From Pecten maximus (lineage: Eukaryota), in contig NC_047018.1 of NCBI RefSeq assembly GCF_902652985.1, positions 11,718,001 through 11,782,000 of the forward strand: a stretch of 64,000 nt of DNA, written 5' to 3'. This document shows, one piece after another, positions 29,489 through 41,900 of the stretch. Under the pieces are notes generated by a model that ran no database searches, was not told where the DNA came from, and saw only the letters and a program-made list of their open reading frames with translations. Position numbers and translations under genes: made by a program. How positions within the stretch are numbered: position 1 is the first letter of the stretch; each line of letters opens with the position of its first letter.

Positions 29489-32400
29489 CTTAGATTTAAT
29501 CATTTAAGATTAACTGTATTTCAGAAAAGATAGCAATGGAATACCTAATTTAATTAATGTTAGAAATTGTTTTGAGATTACAAGTGCAGTGGAATACATT
29601 TTTATTTTGAGAAAAAATACACAAGAAGAATTCAATTATATCGCTTTCTGATATAATGTCATATTGTAACGACTGGCATGTAGTTAAGCATGTTGGTTTT
29701 TGTTTGTTTTGTTAATTAATTGTATCCTTCTCTTTTTTTATCGTCATGCTACATTTCTTTTGGAAAACATTTAAATATTGATGGATGTATTATAGTTTGG
29801 AAATAAATACCCCTGATTCTGCTTACCTTACGATGATTTTTGTGCCTACTTTGAAGGTAGATTTTTTGGTCATTTTCAAGGAAGGACTTTTAATTATAAA
29901 TTTAAGTTTCCTTGTCTATAAAATAAAAAGATTTCTCCACCTCTGCATATGAATGCAAAATAAATCATGAATTTGGAAGAGAAAAAAAAAATCAAAATGC
30001 AGTGTCAGTACTGCAAAACTATTTTGAAATTAACAGGGATCAGGGGCTAGAGTATTATTCAGCCATCGCCTCACAGTTCTAAGGTGTTTTTTAGGTGAAA
30101 CGACTGAAATAATCATACAGGATAATTCAGGATTTAGTGTTCAGTGTTAAGATATATGATTACAAATTTTTTTCAGTATTGTCGAATTATATCAGAAATT
30201 GATTTTTGAATGGCATCATTATATTTGTACATAGAAAATACCGGTATGATATTTGTTCTCACCTCTAATGTACCCCGGTACACCTATCACTCAACCGTCC
30301 AAATACAGGTTTTCAAAATGTGGAAAATACTGGTTTATTCACAGACAAAGTAAAATATTAATGTCAATAAATTTCAATTTGTTTTGAATTTGATCTTCAG
30401 TGTATAAGTAACAAACAGAGGTTTGTAGTGTTTAGAAATATAGCTTTCGTTTATCCTCAACATAATAAATTCTCTCTTTCATAATGTGATGTACATGTCT
30501 TGCCCTGTTGCAATTAACCTGCTGAATCCTCCTTGAATGCTTTGTAACAATGTAGAGATCTTTTTATGAAAATATCAGTGTTTAGATTATGTACCATGGA
30601 TGTTTTTGGGAAGTAATGTACTAGGAGTCTATTTTAGTTAACTGCAGTTTGCAAGTTTATGTTTGGCATTAATATTGTTCAGAACTACAGAAATTAAACA
30701 ACTAACTCTTAAGAAATGCTTATGAACCCAACAAATATTTTAACAGAAAAGGATACCCCAGGTATATAACATATTGCACATTGTGATATTAAATGTACAT
30801 TTTGGAAACTGGCTATTTAAAATCACACCACAAAATCTAAACACATTTATCCATAAACATCAATATATCTGTACTACTTGAAGCTAATTACTTTATTTTT
30901 GTTGTTAGTGGAAGAATTGCAAGGGTTATATAATTTACAAACCAGATTGAAATGTCCTACGTAAGATATGGAACGTTAACATTCTCTCTCAGATTGCATT
31001 GTGGTCCAATCTATATAACATGTGGGCAGTGTACTTTGGGAGAGATTTTTACACAGGGTGGGGAGTCTTTAAAGCACTGTTGTATGTTGTAGTGATAATT
31101 GTGGTTACAGTGTACAGATTTTAGAGAATGCCTATATGATAGGCTAGAGTACTTAAGTATCAGTTATGTTTGTACCTTCCCTCTGTTGAACCTGTTATGT
31201 TGTTATAATGTGATACTTGTTATATATTGTGAGTTAGAACCACAAAAGTTGAATGTATTTGAGTACCGTTTGATACATGTATTTGTAGCCAATCTCATGT
31301 CAGTACCATTTGGTACTATGACTATGTTTGTATCCAATTTCTTGCCTTTGTGATGCACAAACCGTCTGCTAGCTATATATATACATTACATTGTCTACAA
31401 ACTGGCTACACATATATAGGTCTACTGTCCCCATATCTATTTGAAGGAGCTCTTTAGGGTAGGATTCTCTTTATCTGTGTAACATATATGCTTCTCATAA
31501 GTCTGATATAAGGAATTTACACAGCATTAGCTTTTCTGCATGTTTTTCTTTTCTTTTCTTTTCTTTGATACATAATGATTTGATAATTGAATGGACATGT
31601 CAGATTTAAAAGTTATTTGAGACTCATTATTATCAAAAGTTGGATACTTAATAACTATAACTGCCTCAATCATGTGCGCCGATGTAGAAGTATATATACT
31701 TGTCGAGGGTATATTTCTCAGAACACGGGCAAGTTCTTGAGGTAATTATATATATATTCAGCAACTATTTATTTATTTCAGTTTAAAAAATCACCCTGTC
31801 AATCGCCCCACTCAGGTTTCTAAGATGCAAGCACATGTGCAAAAAAAAGTTGTCACATTAGGGTGTATAACTTCAGAATAACTTAAGGATCATTTATGTT
31901 GGACATGTAGGCGATTGGACAGGGTGGCTTTTGTCATACATGCATGGGTATGTTGGATGGTTTTTATGCCTATTTTGTATGGATGCATTTCTGCACATCA
32001 CCATGACAATTTATGATTGTTTACCAATAATGTTAAGTATTGCATGTGGAGTTGAACAAGACAACCACAATTATGATCATATACTTGAATCACATCAGGA
32101 ATTTTGTACTGAATAATTCTCAGGGTGATTGTTTTCTCAGGATAATGAAATTAATCATGGCCAATGTTTCAGGTTTCAACTCGAACAGATGTGGTAATAT
32201 TTCATTTTTAGCAAAATATTAAGACCTAATTAAAGATAAGGGAAGAACTAAATTACACAAGCATAAGTCGCAATTTGGCAAATTGATATAATTATATAAT
32301 GGTAGTGCTTATATTTATTATTAATTACTGTGTGTGTATTTCGAGCCTTTCAGATCATTTATAATCACATCATGGTCCTTATATCTTCTAAAGATGTTCC

Positions 32401-34868
32401 CTACATTTAGTCCTGAGTGATTCTAGATGTCTAGAGAAAACCAGTTTCATAATTTCTTACATTTACCTATTTTACATCATCAAATTTATTCTTGCGTACC
32501 AAAATGTTAGTATTAAAACTAGGTATTGAGATTTCTGTTTTGGATTCTGGCCTCAATCAAAGAGACGCTGTTTAAGAGCATCTTTATACAATACACAATA
32601 GCATCAATCTTAGACATATATATGGGATTGTATAATTACCATACATATATCAAAGATGAAGTGTTTAAAACACAACAGTATTTCAGTACTACTGCTATAT
32701 GTTGACTTTAAGCATGTTTTCTTCTATTCCATGTAGCTATATAGGATATATAGTTTATGAAACCCTTTGATATTTTACAAGCAGCAAAGTAGTTCATCTA
32801 GAAGCCACTGTTTGCAATTTCATTTACAGAATGTAATTGATATTTTTACTCGTTTCTGATAGAATAATTTGTCAATAATTGAAAAGAACCCCGACCTGGG
32901 ACAGTCCTGTCCTGTTAAAACCTAGTTGATGTGTTGTATATGTTGTGTCAAACCATGAAAGTGGAGAAAAAGACTTTAATTTTTGTAGTACTAGTTAAAT
33001 TATTGTAAATGGCAGCCATAATTCTGTGCAAAACGTGTTGTAAGTTAGATTTTGCTTTGATTAGAATTTGAAATCGGTGAATAATATGTTATTTTTTACA
33101 AATTCATTGCCATTTATCAGATCATTTTCCCTAGCTACAATTTATTTCAATGTAACGTACGATAAACTGATATCAATGACCATATTTTTTACATTCTTTT
33201 ATATTAAGCTTTGACACAGGATCAGATGTACAGTACATTTGCTGTGTACAAATTTAAACCATGAAATATTGATTCGTGTTTATTATTTTGATTCGACTCG
33301 TCAGTGTTGCACTTTATCTCCGGTAAATTCCAACATGTTTTTGGGAGTCAACAGAAATTCATTGGAAGGAAACTTCGAGTTTTATACAAACAATGTAAAT
33401 CTCTTACACTTTTGAATTTGATAATTGTTATTTTTCTTGCAATGGTATAAATGGTAGACTATCAATAACACAGGTGTTTTTTCTCATATTTAGCAGTTGA
33501 TTTTTTTTTATGCTTGATTAACTAATACTTATACAGTGTGCATAATTCAAATGTCATGTATTTATACTGATATTATAATATTATGCATAGCAAATATTTC
33601 TTAAATACGTTTTTTGGTGATCTAAAACATAAGTTATGAATATAATGTTCTTAAACTTTTTTTTGGGGGGGGGGGGGGGGGGGGGGGGTTCTTAATTTTA
33701 TCTGTACAAGCTTAAAGCCAATACATGAAGAGGACTTAGTCAAGAAGATTACCTGAGCCATATTTATCATTATCATGATTTCGGAAATGGTACATTTGAA
33801 TGTCAGTACATTTACACTGGTAGTGGTTTCTGATAACCATAACTTGTGAGATGGCTCCATAGAAATTCAACAGTTGTGCTGTCAAAATCTCAGTCAGCAC
33901 TAAAGTTGTTCTACAGCAGTTACTATGGAGACAAGTAACACTTCCAGTTATAGTACATGGGATTCTAATGTACTAGTTCACATTTATTTTCCTATGAAAT
34001 AATCACTGTTGTTTTATGTAATTACCACCCATCAGATGCCTATAAGAATTTCTACATGTGATCATCATTGTTTCATTGTTAATAGATGTATATATTCTAT
34101 GGATCATGTTTACCCCTGTATATATTTATAAAATGAACTACATCATATGCTCTCAGTATTAATATGCTCTATATTATATCAAACTCTTTAAGCTGTTGTT
34201 ATACTTGCTTGTGTATATAAACTCTCTCCCCTGTCAGCCTTGGTGAACTGTCCCAAGACAATACGAGATGAGTCCACTGTTGTGATATTGGGTGAGATTA
34301 CTGTGTCTTCATTATGCATCGTACATGGTACAGAAATATTGGCCAAAGATAATCCATCTATGTGTGGATAAGGTTGTATTCTTAGAGATATTATTGATAT
34401 GCATATAAATTCTACATAATTTTTATCCATTTTCCAAAACTAACTTCATATGAAATAAGATTTTCAGTGTGAAATATACCAATTTTTGTTTCCTTATCTG
34501 AACCTAGATATTCTTACTATGTCTTTAGCATTAGAGAAAAATCTGATAGCTTCAAGTTAACTACATGCACATAAATGTGTAAATACCAATATGTAGTTTA
34601 CTGATGAATATTCCTACTGGCTAGGCATGTATTAGAGGGCCCCACAAATAAAATGCCCCATCATCATTTTCATGTGTAATTATAGACAACTACTGCCAAA
34701 TGTATAATGATTGTGTAGTTATGGGAGTATCATTATTGATCAAGTCACTTGGAAGTATTTTGAAAGTCATCATTTTATTATTAGATATAAAGATGTTTTC
34801 TCCAGAGGTTTGTTTATTGTGTTCTTTTCCCTACATCTGATGATATATACATCTTTCCACTTGCTAAA

Positions 34869-36366
34869 TCTAGGGATGTATACATCTCCTTATTACATCT
34901 AGGGATGTATACATCTCCTTACTACATCTGGGGATGTATACTTCTCCTTACTACATCTAGTAATGTATACGTCTCCTTACTACATCTGGGGATGTATACG
35001 TCTCCTTACTACATCTAGTAATGCATACGTCTCCTTATTACATCTAGGGATGCATACGTCTCCTTATTACATCTAGGGATGTATACATCTCCTTACTACA
35101 TCTAGGGATGTATACATCGCCTTATTACATCTAGTAATGTATACGTCACCTTACTACATCTGGGGATGTATACGTCTCCTTATTACATCTGGGGATGTAT
35201 ACGTCTCCTTATTACATCTGGGGATGTATACGTCTCCTTACTACATCTAGGGATGTATACGTCTGTCACCTTACTTCATCTAGGGATGTATACGTCTCCT
35301 TATTACATCTGGGGATGTATACGTCTCCTTACTACATCTAGGGATGTATACATCTCCTTACTTCATCTAGGGATGTATACGTCTCCTTATTACATCTAGG
35401 GATGTATACGTCTCCTTACTACATCTGGGGATATATACGTCTCCTTACTACATCTGGGGATGTATACGTCTCCTAACTACATCTGGGGATGTATACGTCT
35501 CCTTACAACATCTGGGGATGCATACGTCTCCTTATTACGTCTGGGGATGTATACGTCTCCTTATTACATCTAGGGATGTATACGTCTTCTTACTACATCT
35601 CTGGATGTATACATCTGTCACCTTACTACATCTGGGGATGTATACGTCTCCTTATTACGTCTGGGGATGTATACGTCTCCTTATTACATCTAGGGATGTA
35701 TACGTCTTCTTACTACATCTCTGGATGTATACATCTGTCACCTTACTACATCTGGGGATGTATACGTCTCCTTATTACATCTGGGGATGTATACGTCTCC
35801 TTATTACATCTAGGGATGTATACGTCTCCTTATTACATCTGGGGATGTATACGTCTCCTTATTACATCTAGGGATGTATACGTCTGTCACCTTACTGCAT
35901 CTGGGGATGTATACATCTGTCACCTTACTACATCTGGGGATGTATACGTCTGTCTCCTTACTACATCTGGGGATGTATACGTCTCCTTACTACATCTGGG
36001 GATGTATACGTCTCCTTATTACATCTGGGGATGTATACGTCTCCTTATTACATCTGGGGATGTATACGTCTCCTTATTACATCTAGGGATGTATACGTCT
36101 CCTTACTACATCTGGGGATGTATACGTCTCCTTATTACATCTGGGGATGTATACGTCTCCTTATTACATCTGGGGATGTATACGTCTCCTTATTACATCT
36201 AGGGATGTATACATCTGTCACCTTACTGCATCTGGGGATGTATACGTCTCCTTATTACATCTAGGGATGTATACGTCTCCTTATTACATCTAGGGATGTA
36301 TACGTCTCCTTATTACATCTGGGGATGTATACGTCTCCTTACTACATCTAGGGATGTATACGTCTT
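34869..36366. repeat. 29-bp minisatellite ct(g/a)gggatgtatacgtctcctta(t/c)tacat with a 33-bp variant, about 50 copies
   Basis: Directly visible tandem array. Confidence 0.97.
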
Positions 36367-37079
36367 GGTACTGATGGGTCAGACATTTTGAATTAAGAAT
36401 TAAATCAAAGCACCAATAATCCCGACACAGAACATGGCAGCAAAAATAGGTTAAACTACCGGTATAGCGATTAAGTACACGGATCGCTTCACAGGGATGT
36501 TATGTTAGGACAAGCCGTATTTATTATAACCATGCGTCAAGCTACAGAAAACACAAGTTTGCACCAAAACATGATATATCTGGTTGAACATCTTCCGGAT
36601 CGAATGGATCCTTTGTAAATATAAATATTTGCACCATTGACCATCAGATTGGGCTTCAAACTAGGTTTAACAAATCGCTCGACTGATATCTGTCCTAACA
36701 CGTGCATAATCACTACATCTTTCCAAGCTGCTAGTGGCGTAGCTACTATTGACGCAAAAACGCAGTTGCGTACACATCAATTTTGAAGAGAGAAAAAATG
36801 GACTAAAAAATTAGACTTCCAAAAATAAGTGTTATGGTGATCAGACACTAAGACTGAGATTGAAACGTCTTATTAAATTAGCATGATGGCATACATATAT
36901 ATTTTAAAGCACTGACTTTACGAATTACGTTGGTTTAGTAACTCTTTATCGTTCGCATTCTCCCAAGTTCCGCATCCGTTCCAAAGCTTATAATGAATAA
37001 CAACAGTTGATTTTAACACCATAAAAGCGACAAAATCTTGTCAGAATATTGATCATTTGTTTTCCCAAGTATCATGTAA

Positions 37080-37340
37080 AGAGCCTAGCAGTTCTAATGA
37101 CCGCGCAAGCGAAGCTACTAGTGGCATGGGCCTATATATCGGACCAGAATGTTACCGGGACGAACAACTGAGAAAAAAAATATTGTTAACAGCGAGGCGG
37201 GAAAACATGGATAATTTCACTTTTCCTTTTAGATAACTTTGTTTATCAATCATTGTCCGAATGGTGACGTGGTCTGACATCGTCCGGAAGATGCCGATCT
37301 TGCTATAATTGGTTTTGCCTATTGTTGCTGGGATGACTCG
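37080..37340 (+). promoter_or_regulatory. Probable SPTLC1 promoter and non-coding first exon
   Basis: CpG-rich block with tgacgt and ccggaag motifs ending in the donor TCG|GTAAGC (37340/37341). The acceptor cccttcacacag at 38983 lies 9 nt before the SPTLC1 ATG. Confidence 0.5.
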
Positions 37341-37859
37341 GTAAGCGATAAATAACTAAATGAATTGTTCACAGAACGTTGATATTTCTGATTCTTGAAC
37401 GTAATAGTGACAAGGATTTTCGTGTACAATACATAACATTGGAATATTTAAATGCGATTATCAACAACAAAATAGTGGGTTTTTTAATCGATCCCTAGTT
37501 GACATTGGATGTCAAAATTGACAGTTGGGTACTTCGTCGCTTCTCGAGAATAACAATTTCTGCTATCATCTTCTTTATTTTCTTGCTCAAAATAGAAATA
37601 TGAAAATGTCAAAAAGAAAAATGCGAATGGACGGTTTATGGATATATTAGCTTTGTTCATCTAAGGAATCTTTGTATTTTACATTTATAAACTTTTCATG
37701 CTCAACAATGCAAAAACTGATGGACATCCTATCCTATACAGCATGAACAGATGTTCGTTCTAAGGATTCGACAATAAGATCCGACACTGCTCATGGTAAC
37801 ATTTTAGGGGACATGTCACATATAGGTGGGTTTGGGGGGGAGGGGGGGGGGGGATACTT

Positions 37860-38710
37860 TGACTTAGTACATGTAATCTAAATAAAACCACATGTACAGT
37901 ACACTGTCCGTTACTAAGTTCATGTAGTATAAATAAAACCACATGTTCAGTACACTGTCCGACACTAAGTTCATGTAGTCTAAATAAAACCACATGTACA
38001 GTACACTGTCCGACACTAAGTTCCGTGTAGTCTAAATAAAACCACATGTACAGTACACTGTCCGACACTTAGTTAATGTAATATAAATAAAACCACATGT
38101 ACAGTACACTGTCCGTTACTAAGTTCATGTAGTCTAAATAAAACCACATGTACAGTACACTGTCCGACACTAAGTTCCGTGTAGTCTAAATAAAACCACA
38201 TGTACAGTACACTGTCCGACACTTAGTTAATGTAATATAAATAAAACCACATGTACAGTACACTGTCCGTTACTAAGTTCATGTAGTCTAAATAAAACCA
38301 CATGTACAGTACACTGTCCGACACTAAGTTCATGTAGCCTAAATAAAACCATATGTACAGTACACTGTCCGACACTAATTAGATCTAGTCTAAATAAAAC
38401 CACATGTACAGTACACTGTCCGACACTAATTAGATCTAGTCTAAATAAAACCACATGTACAGTACACTGTCCGACACTAATTAGATCTAGTCTAAATAAA
38501 ACCACATGTACAGTACACTGTCCGACACTTAGTACATGTAGTCTAAATAAAACCACATGTACAGTACACTGTCCGACACTAATTAGATCTAGTCTAAATA
38601 AAACCACATGTACAGTACACTGTCCGACACTTAGTACATGTAGTCTAAATAAAACCACATGTACAGAACACTGTCCGACACCAGTCTAAATATGAAAACC
38701 ACATGTACAA
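37860..38710. repeat. 51-bp minisatellite (tagtctaaataaaaccacatgtacagtacactgtccgacactaagttcatg), about 16 copies
   Basis: Directly visible tandem array. Confidence 0.96.
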
Positions 38711-38992
38711 TGATCTATTACATTCTGGGTTTTTTTTGGATATATAAGTTAGGAGACGTGTAATATTTAGATGTAGATGATTTGAGTGTTTGATTTAAGA
38801 GGTATGAATTCAATACGGTTTGTTAACGCTGCTTGCATAATTTTATATATATATTTATATATTATTATATATTTTATATATTTTTATATATAGACCTATA
38901 CAAAATGTATATCGTTGGCCCACTTATGGGACGGATGGTGCGAGTGGCTCTGAAAACTGTTAGAGTGACGTCCCTTCACACAGGTATCCAAT

Positions 38993-41900
38993 ATGGCGTC
39001 CGTCCAGTTGATTCCACCTGTCTCTGATTTGTACGAGATGATTGAAGCGTTCTTACAGGCACGTTCTAAATACTGTATATTCGACTAGAATAAGCGAACA
39101 CATTCATTACAAGTTTTCTGATTTGGTTCGATAACATTAAATGATGACCTAATATCTTGTATAACAAAAAATGGTGCCCAGTAATCAGCTATGTAAGTCA
39201 AATATGGACTTACGTAACTCATTTGATGAACTCAGTTTAGTAATCTAAAGTCTTAACATAATAATACTGATGATTGCGTTATTGTATCAATTAAATGAAC
39301 TGAAAATTACTTGTTTTCAGGCCCCTGTTTATCACCTGATATTTGAAGCATGCCTGATAGTACTGATCATCAAACTAGTGTTTTCTAAGTCATATGCTGG
39401 TGGACCTGAAATCATTCTAACAAAGAAGGTATGTATTTGATGCTTTCCCGGGGACAGATGTCAGGGGCCGGAAGCTTAATCTTCTCATCCGCAAGCATTA
39501 TAGTAAACTAAGGAAGTGAATTCATTTCCAGTCCGTGCTTAATTATATTTAGTCCACACTAGACAAATTAAACTATGTACAGTAACGTCACTCCTTGATT
39601 TAGACATTGATATAGAGACATGTTTGCCCGCGTCCATTAATCATCATATCATAAACCTGCTAATTTGAACTCCTGTGGACCGTGTCATTAGTTCAAAGAA
39701 TACAAGGTATTTGTGAAATCAGAGGTTGGATCATACTCCTATGCATCTTATTAGTTAGTCCGTCTGATATTGCTGTCAAAAGTTTGTCGTCATGACTTGA
39801 CTTGAAGTGAACTTCTTCCTCTATCAGGAGAACCTCTGAAGGATCCTTCCTACAGAGTATTCATGTTGAATCTCTAAAATCGTTGGCGTAAGATCATGAT
39901 AATGTGTAATAAATAGTGATGATTTATAAGCCTTTTATATATATATACTGCAGTACGAGAATTAAACAAACATACATGTATATATTATGTAGATTTGCAA
40001 AATTTTGCTGCTTAAAAAAAAAAAAAAAAAAAATTATATATAGATCTAAATTGGACAATGTAGTCATCCACTTTCAAATAAGGATATACAAATAATGGAC
40101 ATAGCATTAACATGATTACCTGGGTTAAAACAATGTAATCATGCAAAGATTTTGTCCTGGTTCTACAAAGGTCTAGTCTAGAGCTCCACTTATAACAAGT
40201 CATACACATACGTCTATTTCAGTTAAATTTGAATTTACTGCTGACAAAACTTTGTGTGAATGCATATGTTTTCAAATAATTTGCATTTAATGGGGAAAAT
40301 CTATGGATAAGTTGGCTTTGTGTTACACTGTATCATGTATAATAAGGTTTTCGTCATCGCGAGAATAATTACCTAAGACTTGTATAATATTCCCTGTTAA
40401 AATAAGTGTTGTATGATGTTGTTGTGGACAGGAAGAGGAAGAGCTGTTATCAGATTGGGTGCCTGACCCCCTAGAACAAAATGTGCCTGCTGATCACCCA
40501 GTGCTGCAGTCTATGGAGAAAAACATTGTCTCAGGGTAATATTCCATTCTTGTCTATTATCACGTTAAGTAGGAAATATTCAAACAGAGAAGTAATTTCT
40601 GTACTGAACCACACTGCTATGTTTGATATCCATTACCAAATCTTAATTGAGCTTTTATCCTCATTGTCATACCAGTATAGGATTATCACTTGTTTAATAC
40701 TGTGTAGATATGTTATGTTTCTCACAAGGAAATACGATTGACTATGAAGACAGAAGTTAGTAGTAACATATACTCACAGGAAAACTACTTACACACTTAA
40801 AAGGACTTTAACAAATACTACCAAGTCCACTTCAGTCAGAATTGACTCAGGATTTCAGACATTTCCACATTTTATTTATTTTACGGTTACCAATTGCAAG
40901 TACATTTATTTTACAGTTGCCAAGTACATTTATTTCTTGTATTCCAGAAAACCAGGGAAATATGTGGATATCAATGGGAAAACATGTGTTAACTTGGCAA
41001 CTCTAAACTTCCTGGGAATGGCATGTAAGCCAGACATAGAGGTAGGTATTGCAGAAAATAAGTCTGGGTGTTTATGTTATATTAAAGGTATGTGGATATA
41101 TCAAGCTATATAGTATATGATACCTAAGGTATATTTAAAGGTTATTACTAAAGCATTTCACTTGTATCTGGATGTATATTGTGTTGAATAAATTGAAGAT
41201 TTCTATCTGTGCATGAAGTGTGTGTGTTTAACCTAAAAGTTATGTTAAGTACTGTTGTGAGTATTGAGTACTTGATTTGATTGCATTAGTGACTACACAT
41301 TCTATCTCTTTATTGAGGATGAACTTGCATTGACTAATTACTCTCATTTAAGCCATTAAAATGTATTTGTCATAGGATGCTGCCATAAAGACAATGAGAA
41401 AATATGGTGTTGGATCCTGTGGTCCAAGAGGCTTCTATGGCACGATGGGTAAGTATACTAAGTATGGTGTCGGATCTGGTGGTCCAAGAGGCTTCTATGG
41501 CAGGATGGGTAATTTTACTAAGTATGGTGTCGGATCTGGTGGTCCAAGAGGCTTCTATGGCCTGACAGGTAAGTTTACTAAGTATGGTGTCGGATCTGGT
41601 GGTCCAAGAGGCTTCTATGGCATGATGGGTAAGTTTACTAAGTATGGTGTCGGATCTGGTGGTCCAAGAGGCTTCTATGGCACGATGGGTAAGTATACTA
41701 AATATGGTGTTGGATCTGGTGGTCCAAGAGGCTTCTATGGCAGGATGGATAAGTATACTAAATATGGTGTTGGATCTGGTGGTCCAAGAGGCTTCTATGG
41801 CACAATGGGTAAGTATACTAAATATGGTGTTGGATCTGGTGGTCCAAGAGGCTTCTATGACCTGACGGGTAAGTTTACTAAGTATGGTGTCAGATCTGGT

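Noticed and set aside
27740-34200. Hidden gene or RNA gene in the long AT-rich stretch after ORF836
   Set aside because: No coherent exon chain or RNA structure was recognised; likely long 3' UTR or intergenic DNA with TE remnants.
34188-34430. Minus-strand 80-aa ORF as the terminal exon of another gene
   Set aside because: No recognisable motif, and no convincing upstream exons were found.
35166-36264. Repetitive ORFs (also 7282-7569, 10845-11787, 38227-38658, 46127-46512, 47635-48474, 56272-57475)
   Set aside because: They are by-products of stop-free frames in minisatellites and appear in several frames at once.
36434-36455. aacATGGCAGCAAAAATAG|gt as the SPTLC1 start exon
   Set aside because: Weak donor and no resemblance to the SPTLC1 N-terminus; the ATG at 38993 gives the homologous exon.
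28106-37853. Poly-G runs (28106-28125, 33666-33688, 37834-37853) as functional G-quadruplexes
   Set aside because: Simple homopolymers, one inside a TE; length is unreliable and there is no functional evidence.
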